Source: an uncultured Planctomycetales bacterium (lineage in GTDB: Bacteria; Omnitrophota; Gorgyraeia; Zapsychrales; Fredricksoniimonadaceae). Taken from it: a DNA stretch of 64,000 nt. The stretch's first letter is position 1, and each line of letters begins with the position of its first letter. Below are positions 56,798-64,000 of the stretch, piece by piece. The notes below the pieces were generated by a model, which was not told the DNA's origin, did not search any database, and saw only the letters and a list, made by a program, of their open reading frames with translations. The stretch covers positions 1,146,786-1,210,785 of the forward strand of contig CAZNDZ010000001.1 in the NCBI GenBank assembly GCA_964572155.1, read 5' to 3'. The position numbers and the translations under genes were made by a program.

Positions 56798-59319
56798 GTA
56801 CCAATGAAATTAGATCAAAATATTTAAACTTTTTTAAATCCAAAGGGCACACGATTGTCAAGAGTGATTCCGTTGTTCCTAAAGATGACCCAACGGTTTT
56901 ATTTACAACAGCGGGGATGCAGCAATTTAAACCCCAATTTCTAGGCCGTGATTTGACATATACGCGTGCTAGCACCTCACAAAAATGTTTGCGTACCGAT
57001 GATTTGGATGTGGTGGGGAAGACTAATTTTCACCACACTTTTTTTGAAATGTTGGGTAACTTCTCATTCGGTGATTACTTCAAGAAAGAAGCGATTGCTT
57101 GGGCATGGGAATTCTTTACCCAAGAAATGAAATTACCAGAAGAAAAACTATGGGTTTCTGTCTATCAAGATGACGATGAAGCATATAACATTTGGGTAAA
57201 CGATATCCGAATACCTAAGAATAAGATTGTTAAGTTTGGTGATAAGAGCAATTTTTGGCCATCGAATGCACGTTTAAATGGGCCTAATGGTCCATGCGGA
57301 CCATGTTCAGAAATCTTTTATGATTATGGTGTTAATCTTAATTGTCCAAATGGTGATAAATGTGATCCAGATTGTTCTTGTGGTCGTTTTGCGGAAGTCT
57401 GGAATTTAGTGTTCACACAATTTAACCGTAAAGATGGCGGTGTATTAGACCCATTGCCAGCAAAGAACATTGATACAGGCATGGGTTTGGAACGTTTAGC
57501 AGCCGTCGTACAGGGCAAGCGCAGTAATTATGAAAATGATGTATTCGTCCCCATCATCAATGAGATTAATAGTCGTATGCCAGGCATTAGTCAAAGAGAT
57601 GCGCGTGTTATTGCGGACCACATGCGCGCGATCATTTTTGGTATTTGCGATGGGGTTATTCCATCTAATGAAGGCCGTGGTTATGTCATGCGTAAGCTTA
57701 TTCTTATTTTAGCAGATATAGCCGCACGTATGCGTATGGACAAGCCTGTGATTTATACATTTGTTGATGTGGTCATTGCTCAAATGAAATACGCTTATCC
57801 TGAAATTGAAGGACGCGCAAAAGAAATCAGCCAAATCATTGAGCGTTTAGAAGAACAATATATAAAACTCAAGAATGAACGAATTCCTGAATTTAAGTCA
57901 AAGATTAATTCACAGAAAAGCGTTGAAGAATTATCAGAGATCTCATTCTTTTATAGAGATACGTATGGTTTGTCAGTTCCATCAATCATCGATGTGCTTG
58001 ATGAGGCATCCATTCCAGCTGATAAAATTAATGCCATAGAACATGGCATTGAGAAATTAATGAATGAGCAGCGTGAACGTTCTCGTGCTGGTAGTAAAAT
58101 GACGGGTGATGTATTTACGGATGCGGGCATTGATTTGAATGTGCCTAAGACTAAGTTTTTAGGCTATGAACAATTAGAAACCAAGGCAAAAATTCTAAAA
58201 GTCGTTCAAGATGGTATGAAGATTAAAGTGATTGTTGATCAGTCTCCATTTTATGCGCAGTCCGGCGGGCAAACAGGTGATGCGGGTGTTTTATTTAACG
58301 ATGGTGCGTCGGTGATGATTTTAGATACACAAAAGATCAATGACATTTATATTCACGATGGTGTGATTGAACGCGGGCAAATCAAAGAGGGTGATGTGGT
58401 TGAATTGCGTGTTGATGCTAAACGTCGTCAGGCAATTATGCGTAATCACAGTGCAACCCATTTATTGCAATCAGCCCTGCGTCAAACGTTAGGCGTTCAT
58501 GTAAAACAACAAGGTTCTTTAGTTGCGCCCGAGCGTTTACGTTTTGACTTTACACATCCCATGGGTGTGAAAAAAGAAGAGATGGCAAAGATCGAAGCCA
58601 TCGTCAATGATTATGTCAATCGCGGCAATGCCGTGAGTGTTGAAGTGTTGCCCATTGAAGAAGCGAAGAAAAAAGGCGCACTCGCATTTTTTGCCGAAAA
58701 ATATGGGGACACAGTGCGTGTTGTGACCATGGGCGACTACTCTACGGAATTTTGTGGTGGTACGCATGTCAAGAATACCAAGGACATTGAGTCGATTAAG
58801 ATTGTGAGCGAAGGTTCGGTTGCTCAAGGCATTCGTCGTCTAGAAGCTGTGACTGGCAAAGCGGCGGTTGATGAAGTATTGAATCAACAAAAAGTTCAAG
58901 AGGAACAAAACAAACAGGCTCAAGAAGTTAAAGACAATGAACGTAAACAACAACAAGCACGCATTGATGCAATTAAAAAATTAGACCCCATTAAAGAAAA
59001 TATTAAAGGTGTAGAGATTACATCTGTCATGGTTGATGATTTAGACATTGCGTCTCTTAGAAAAGTAAATGATATCATTAAACAAAAAGCGCCAAATGCT
59101 ATTGTTGTAACAGCCTCAACAACAGCAATTTCCGGAGTGATGGTTGTTTCAGCTAGTGGTGATGTGATTACTCGAGGGTTTAATGCCAAAGACATTATAG
59201 CTAAGATCATGCCAAAGATTGATGGAAAAGGTGGTGGTAAGCCAGAATTAGCTCAAGTAGGTACAAATAATCCCACTAAATTAAAAGAAGTATTTGAAAA
59301 TATTAAGGACTTTATTTAA
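56791..59319 (+). CDS. alaS: Alanine--tRNA ligase
   Basis: Class II catalytic core (FTTAGMQQFKP, FEMLGNFSFGDYFK), editing-domain HxxxH...CGGTH motifs (HSATHLL, FCGGTHV), C-terminal DHHA1 domain. 842 aa. Confidence 0.95.
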   Translation: MLSTNEIRSKYLNFFKSKGHTIVKSDSVVPKDDPTVLFTTAGMQQFKPQFLGRDLTYTRASTSQKCLRTDDLDVVGKTNFHHTFFEMLGNFSFGDYFKKEAIAWAWEFFTQEMKLPEEKLWVSVYQDDDEAYNIWVNDIRIPKNKIVKFGDKSNFWPSNARLNGPNGPCGPCSEIFYDYGVNLNCPNGDKCDPDCSCGRFAEVWNLVFTQFNRKDGGVLDPLPAKNIDTGMGLERLAAVVQGKRSNYENDVFVPIINEINSRMPGISQRDARVIADHMRAIIFGICDGVIPSNEGRGYVMRKLILILADIAARMRMDKPVIYTFVDVVIAQMKYAYPEIEGRAKEISQIIERLEEQYIKLKNERIPEFKSKINSQKSVEELSEISFFYRDTYGLSVPSIIDVLDEASIPADKINAIEHGIEKLMNEQRERSRAGSKMTGDVFTDAGIDLNVPKTKFLGYEQLETKAKILKVVQDGMKIKVIVDQSPFYAQSGGQTGDAGVLFNDGASVMILDTQKINDIYIHDGVIERGQIKEGDVVELRVDAKRRQAIMRNHSATHLLQSALRQTLGVHVKQQGSLVAPERLRFDFTHPMGVKKEEMAKIEAIVNDYVNRGNAVSVEVLPIEEAKKKGALAFFAEKYGDTVRVVTMGDYSTEFCGGTHVKNTKDIESIKIVSEGSVAQGIRRLEAVTGKAAVDEVLNQQKVQEEQNKQAQEVKDNERKQQQARIDAIKKLDPIKENIKGVEITSVMVDDLDIASLRKVNDIIKQKAPNAIVVTASTTAISGVMVVSASGDVITRGFNAKDIIAKIMPKIDGKGGGKPELAQVGTNNPTKLKEVFENIKDFI

Positions 59320-60545
59320 TGAAGCTTATCAAACAAACAGGTCAAAACATCGACAAGCTCTATAACCGTCATTTGAGCATGCGCCGTAAAGCTGTTGAGG
59401 AGAAAGTGCGCACGATCATTGATGATGTGCGTTTAAATGGCGACGATGCCTTGATCAAATATACCAAACGTTTTGATGGGGTGAAATTAACCACGCGCCA
59501 AATCAAGGTTGCTGAGAGTGAAATTTCTAGTGCCTTTGGCAGTATCACACCGGAGTTTGTTGGTCATTTAAAGACAATCATTAATAATGTGTCGAGCTAT
59601 TATAAGAAGCAAGTGCATAAGCCCTGCAAGATAAAAAATAGCGACGGAGTGATGCTTAAAGAAGAAATTAAGCCGCTTGATTCAGTTGGTATTTATATCC
59701 CGGCTGGAACAGCGCCATTGGTGTCATCGGTTTATATGACAGCGGTGCCTGCCATTATTGCTGGTGTTAAGCGTGTGGTCATCGTGACGCCACCCAATAA
59801 GTCGGGACAAGTAAATCCCTATATTTTAGCGGTAGCCAATTTATTGAAGGTCAATGAGATTTATAAATTAGGCGGGGCACAAGCGATTGCCGCTTTAGCG
59901 TTGGGCACCAAGACGGTTGCTAAAGTCGATAAGATTGTTGGGCCCGGTAATATGTTTGTGACAGAAGCCAAGCGTCAATTATTTGGATATGTGGATATTG
60001 ATATGTTGGCAGGTCCGACGGAATTGGTCGTCATTGCTAATCGTTATAGTAACCCTGAATTTGTCATTGCCGATTTAGAAGCACAAATGGAACACATCGG
60101 CGGCATGTCGATTCTATTATCAACATCCAAGCAGTTGATCAAGCAAGTCAAAGACAGGGTGGCGAATGGGTATTGCATTTTGTGCAAGAATACCGATGAA
60201 GCTGTGGATATTGCTAATCGCATCGCTCCCGAACATTTACAAATCATGACCAACAATGCTCACAGCGTTGCTAAGAATGTCCGTCATGCAGGGGCAATCT
60301 TTTTAGGGCCATATAGTCCAACAGCTTTGGGTGATTATGCGGCAGGTCCAAGCCATGTGTTGCCGACCATGGGCACGGCAAGGTTCTTTTCAGGTCTTTG
60401 TGTGTCGTCATTCCAAAAGTCTAATCACGTCATTGCTTATTCCAAAAAAGCATTAGAACGTATTCGGGAGCCTCTCGAGAAAGTGGCTCATTTAGAAGGT
60501 TTAGTTAAACACGCGGACTCCGTTAATGTGAGGTTCAAGTCATGA
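59319..60545 (+). CDS. hisD: Histidinol dehydrogenase
   Basis: HisD-family length (408 aa) and motifs (IYIPAGTAPL, AGPTELVVIA, GDYAAGPSHVLPT). Confidence 0.9.
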   Translation: MKLIKQTGQNIDKLYNRHLSMRRKAVEEKVRTIIDDVRLNGDDALIKYTKRFDGVKLTTRQIKVAESEISSAFGSITPEFVGHLKTIINNVSSYYKKQVHKPCKIKNSDGVMLKEEIKPLDSVGIYIPAGTAPLVSSVYMTAVPAIIAGVKRVVIVTPPNKSGQVNPYILAVANLLKVNEIYKLGGAQAIAALALGTKTVAKVDKIVGPGNMFVTEAKRQLFGYVDIDMLAGPTELVVIANRYSNPEFVIADLEAQMEHIGGMSILLSTSKQLIKQVKDRVANGYCILCKNTDEAVDIANRIAPEHLQIMTNNAHSVAKNVRHAGAIFLGPYSPTALGDYAAGPSHVLPTMGTARFFSGLCVSSFQKSNHVIAYSKKALERIREPLEKVAHLEGLVKHADSVNVRFKS

Positions 60546-61141
60546 GAACAGCATCAATCAGTCGCAAGTCCAATGAAACACAAATTGAAGGCACATTGAA
60601 TGTCGATGGCAGTGGCATTACAAAAATTAAGACCCCCATTGGTTTCTTAAGTCACATGCTAGAGTTATTTGCTTTTCATGGCCATTTTGATCTAGATTTA
60701 GCCGTTAGCGGTGATACGCATATTGATATTCATCACACCAATGAAGATATTGGCATAGCTTTAGGCAAAGCATTTAAGAAAGCTCTTGGTGAAGATAAGG
60801 CAGGGATCAAGCGTTTTGGTTCTGCTTTTGCGCCGATGGAAGCAACTGTTGGGCGATGTGTTATTGATATTTCTGGTCGTGGGTATTTCAAGTTAAATGG
60901 AAATGTTGCCGGTGCAACCGATGAAGACGGGTATAAGGCAGCTTATTTTGAACACTTCATGGAAAGTTTTGCGCATCAATTAGGCGCCACGCTTAGTTTA
61001 TCGATTGAAAATCCAAGCGATGATTTGCATACTAATTTGGAAACGATGTTTAAGTCATTGGGCTTAGCGTTAGACCAAGCCACAACCGTTGATCCACGTC
61101 GAGCGGGTAAAGTCCCGTCTACCAAAGGCATCATCGATTAA
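60542..61141 (+). CDS. hisB: Imidazoleglycerol-phosphate dehydratase, monofunctional with no phosphatase domain
   Basis: 199 aa with IGPD metal-binding His motifs (DTHIDIHHTNEDIGIALG, EHFMESFA.Q). Confidence 0.9.
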   Translation: MRTASISRKSNETQIEGTLNVDGSGITKIKTPIGFLSHMLELFAFHGHFDLDLAVSGDTHIDIHHTNEDIGIALGKAFKKALGEDKAGIKRFGSAFAPMEATVGRCVIDISGRGYFKLNGNVAGATDEDGYKAAYFEHFMESFAHQLGATLSLSIENPSDDLHTNLETMFKSLGLALDQATTVDPRRAGKVPSTKGIID

Positions 61142-61142
61142 T

Positions 61143-61742
61143 ATGATCGCAATCATTGACTATGGCATGGGGAATTTGCAGAGTGTGCAGAAGGCTTTTG
61201 AGAAAGTCGGTGCGGTCACGCAAATCACCAAGGTGCCTCAAGTCATTTTAAATGCCTCGCATGTGGTTCTGCCTGGGGTTGGTGCCATGGCACCGGCCAT
61301 GCAAAAACTACAAGAGTTAGGTTTAACTGATGCGATTAAGAAGGTTATTGCTGATGGCAAACCTTTCTTAGGGATTTGTTTGGGCTTTCAATTGATGTTT
61401 GATCGAAGCAGCGAAGGTGGTAACACGCAAGGCTTAAAAATATTTGCAGGGACCGTTGAAAAATTTACCGTAGGTAAAGTCCCGCATATGGGTTGGAATC
61501 AATTAAAGTTTCAACCAGCAGCGGGCAACATGTTTCAAGGTTTAAAAAATAATGACGATGTTTATTTTTGTCATTCCTATTATGTAAAGCCAGCAGATCC
61601 TAACATTGTCGCAGCCACAACTGATTATGGCCTTGAATATACATCAGCCATTGCTAAGGGTAAGACGTGGGGGGTGCAGTTTCACCCTGAAAAAAGTCAA
61701 GCTGTTGGTTTAACCATTTTAAAAAATTTTACGAAACTATGA
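61143..61742 (+). CDS. hisH: Imidazole glycerol phosphate synthase glutaminase subunit. Start at MIAIIDYGMGNL, not the ORF-track start at 61089.
   Basis: Class-I glutamine amidotransferase triad (GICLGFQ, HPEKS). The upstream extension overlaps hisB. Confidence 0.9.
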   Translation: MIAIIDYGMGNLQSVQKAFEKVGAVTQITKVPQVILNASHVVLPGVGAMAPAMQKLQELGLTDAIKKVIADGKPFLGICLGFQLMFDRSSEGGNTQGLKIFAGTVEKFTVGKVPHMGWNQLKFQPAAGNMFQGLKNNDDVYFCHSYYVKPADPNIVAATTDYGLEYTSAIAKGKTWGVQFHPEKSQAVGLTILKNFTKL

Positions 61743-62458
61743 TCTTAATCCCTGCCATTGATATCAAAGACGGTAAGGTTGTTCGCTTATTCCAAGGTAA
61801 GTTCTCCGACGTGACAGAGTATGGGGATGATCCTTTAACCATGGCATTGCAATGGCAAACCCTTGGGGCTAAGTGGTTGCATGTGGTTGATTTAGATGGT
61901 GCTAAAGATGGTGTTATGAAAAATAAAGATGTGATCTTTCGCATCGCCCAAACATTAAAGATCCCTGTTGAAGTTGGCGGCGGTATTCGCAATAAAGCAA
62001 TTGTTGATGAATTAATTAATGTTGGAAAAGTTTCTCGTGTCATCTTAGGCACCAAAGCCATCGAGCATGATGGTTTTTTAAGCGATTTGATACAAAATTA
62101 TAAAGAAAAAATTTGTGTCAGCTTAGACTGTTTTAATGGTTTGGTTGCAGCCAGAGGTTGGACAGAAACAAGCAGTGTGAAAGCAACGGATCTTGCTGCC
62201 CGTTTAGAAAAGATGGGCTTAGAGTGGATGGTCTATACCGACATCGCCCGCGACGGTGCCTTAACAGGACCCAATTTCGAACAATTAGAAACAATGGTTA
62301 AAGCTGTGACTAAAATCAATATCATTGCCTCCGGTGGGGTGTCGAATATTGATGATGTCTATCGTTTGTCACAAATGAAGGGCATCGCTGCGGCCATTAC
62401 AGGTAAGGCGATTTATGAAGGTAAATTAGATTTTTCAGCGGCGCTTAAAATATGTTAA
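61739..62458 (+). CDS. hisA: ProFAR isomerase
   Basis: [16 protein letters not shown]-terminus, (beta/alpha)8 phosphate-binding GG motifs. 239 aa. Confidence 0.9.
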   Translation: MILIPAIDIKDGKVVRLFQGKFSDVTEYGDDPLTMALQWQTLGAKWLHVVDLDGAKDGVMKNKDVIFRIAQTLKIPVEVGGGIRNKAIVDELINVGKVSRVILGTKAIEHDGFLSDLIQNYKEKICVSLDCFNGLVAARGWTETSSVKATDLAARLEKMGLEWMVYTDIARDGALTGPNFEQLETMVKAVTKINIIASGGVSNIDDVYRLSQMKGIAAAITGKAIYEGKLDFSAALKIC

Positions 62459-63204
62459 ATCGACGTATTATTCCCTGTTTAGATGTCAAAGATGGCCGCG
62501 TGGTTAAAGGGGTTAACTTTGTCCAGTTGCGCGACGCGGGTGATCCGGTTGATTGCGCCAAGGCCTATGATGCCGCTGGTGCGGATGAATTAGTCTACTT
62601 AGATATTACGGCGTCGGTTGAAGCGCGCACAACATTTTTAGATGTCGTTAAGCGCACCGCTCAAGAAGTGTTTATGCCCTTAACCGTGGGTGGCGGGATT
62701 AGCAATGTGGTTGATATTCGCCAATTGCTCATGGCCGGCGCTGATAAGGTGTCACTTAATACGGCGGCCGTTAAAGAACCTGGGATTATTCGCGCTGGAG
62801 CTAATATGTTTGGTAGCCAATGCATCGTGGTTGCCATCGACGCTAAACGGGTGGGAAATCACTTTGAAGTTTTTACACATGGGGGTCGCAATCCCACGGG
62901 GAAAGATGTTATACTTTGGGCTAAACATGTTGTGGAATTAGGCGCGGGAGAGATCTTGCTAACCAGCATGGATGCTGATGGAACAAAGAATGGGTATGAC
63001 CTAGCACTAACCAAGGCGGTGTGTGATGCGGTCAATGTCCCTGTGATTGCCTCCGGTGGCGCAGGGAAGTTAGAACATTTTTATGATGTCTTTAACCAAA
63101 CAACCGCGGATGCTGCTTTAGCAGCGTCAGTGTTTCATTTTGGAGAAATACCAATACCTAATGTGAAAAAGTACTTAAAAGAAAAGCGAGTGGCCATACG
63201 ATGA
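62452..63204 (+). CDS. hisF: Imidazole glycerol phosphate synthase cyclase subunit
   Basis: [17 protein letters not shown]-terminus. DELV..DITAS and SGGAG motifs. Confidence 0.95.
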   Translation: MLNRRIIPCLDVKDGRVVKGVNFVQLRDAGDPVDCAKAYDAAGADELVYLDITASVEARTTFLDVVKRTAQEVFMPLTVGGGISNVVDIRQLLMAGADKVSLNTAAVKEPGIIRAGANMFGSQCIVVAIDAKRVGNHFEVFTHGGRNPTGKDVILWAKHVVELGAGEILLTSMDADGTKNGYDLALTKAVCDAVNVPVIASGGAGKLEHFYDVFNQTTADAALAASVFHFGEIPIPNVKKYLKEKRVAIR

Positions 63205-63566
63205 GCGACCCAAAATTAACAGAAATTGAAACGATACAAATCACCAAAGATAATCTAGACAAATTAAAATTTACCTCAGAAGGTTTGATACCTGCCATTG
63301 CCCAAGATATTAAAAATGGCGAAGTCTTAATGATGGCCTGGATGAATATTGATTCGCTCAAAGCCACCATCGAAACTGGCAAGGCTTCTTACTGGTCTAG
63401 ATCCCGTAAAAGTTTTTGGGTTAAAGGTGAAACGTCAGGTCACGTCCAACATGTAAAAGAAATTTATTATGATTGTGATTGTGATGTGTTGCTCATGAAG
63501 GTTGATCAAGTTGGTTCAGCGTGCCACACCATGAAGCGCAGCTGTTTTTATAGGAAATTATTATAA
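63201..63566 (+). CDS. hisI: Phosphoribosyl-AMP cyclohydrolase (HisI domain only, no HisE)
   Basis: 121 aa. Conserved WSRSR...GETSGH and CDCD metal-site motifs. Confidence 0.85.
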   Translation: MSDPKLTEIETIQITKDNLDKLKFTSEGLIPAIAQDIKNGEVLMMAWMNIDSLKATIETGKASYWSRSRKSFWVKGETSGHVQHVKEIYYDCDCDVLLMKVDQVGSACHTMKRSCFYRKLL

Positions 63567-64000
63567 TGCATGTTTTGTCGTTCGAAGATTTTTTGAAGTA
63601 TTCTACCAAAGGCAATTTAATTCCCGTCTATCGCGAGATCTTGGGGGATTTAGAGACGCCCGTGTCCGCCTATTACAAATTGGCAGGAACATCTAAGTAT
63701 GCGTTTTTGCTTGAATCTGTTGAAGGTGGCGATAAATTTGCACGCTATTCATTTATTGCGCGTGATCCGCAATTGATTGTGCGTAGTCGTGGCCGAAACG
63801 CTGCGATTATTCGTTTTGAAAACGGCAAGAAAACAGTTGAAGACAAAGTCTTTGATGATTCACCCTTGTCTATATTGCGTGAACTGATGAAAGATATCAA
63901 AGCGGTTGATATTCCTCAATTGCCTAAATTTTTTGGCGGCATGGTGGGATACTTAAGCTATGATTGCGTGCGTTTTTTTGAAAAATTACCCAACACGGCT
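63566..64000 (+). CDS. trpE: Anthranilate synthase component I, 5' portion only, truncated by the window end
   Basis: The ATG at 63566 overlaps the hisI stop (TAATG). N-terminal TrpE-like sequence (LIPVYREILGDLETPVSAY, FLLESVEGG). Open to the window end. Confidence 0.7.
   Translation, partial: MHVLSFEDFLKYSTKGNLIPVYREILGDLETPVSAYYKLAGTSKYAFLLESVEGGDKFARYSFIARDPQLIVRSRGRNAAIIRFENGKKTVEDKVFDDSPLSILRELMKDIKAVDIPQLPKFFGGMVGYLSYDCVRFFEKLPNTA

Overview
Gene-dense window (about 40% GC, likely a diderm bacterium from an uncultured lineage) with three parts. (1) Housekeeping, 1-31 kb. A minus-strand murB-rhodanese-moaE-ferredoxin-ispH set diverges from ispG. Then come bcp, a VOC (glyoxalase I-fold) protein and a PHP histidinol phosphatase. 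A folE/PTR1-like SDR/folB pterin cluster follows, then fabG-acpP-fabF, a leuB-like gene, asd, truA and rplM-rpsI. A single uninterrupted 14.7-kb plus-strand run then encodes argCJBDFGH, lysA-dapF-dapA-dapB-dapL, folK, panC and an aspartate-dehydrogenase-like gene. A small lysine-rich protein with an internal tandem duplication closes this part. (2) Envelope/filament block, 31-54 kb, all on the plus strand. uvrA is translationally coupled to an 813-aa TPR protein, followed by ExbB/ExbD with no TonB and two tiny membrane proteins. A type IV filament system follows: a PilX-like gene, a PilM-PilN fusion, PilO, PilP, a secretin with a poly-Ser tract, the PilB ATPase, the PilC platform and five tandem (pseudo)pilin genes. 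Directly after these sit four paralogous polytopic GT-C-like glycosyltransferases, two with C-terminal TPRs. I consider this pilin + glycosyltransferase array the most likely undescribed system: a dedicated filament-subunit glycosylation island. (3) A tRNA-Ala(CGC), then rsmE, recA (perfect consensus promoter), recX and alaS, fused without gaps to hisDBHAFI and the start of trpE. No CRISPR array or transposase was seen. All calls rest on reading motifs in the supplied translations and the DNA; nothing was searched against databases.
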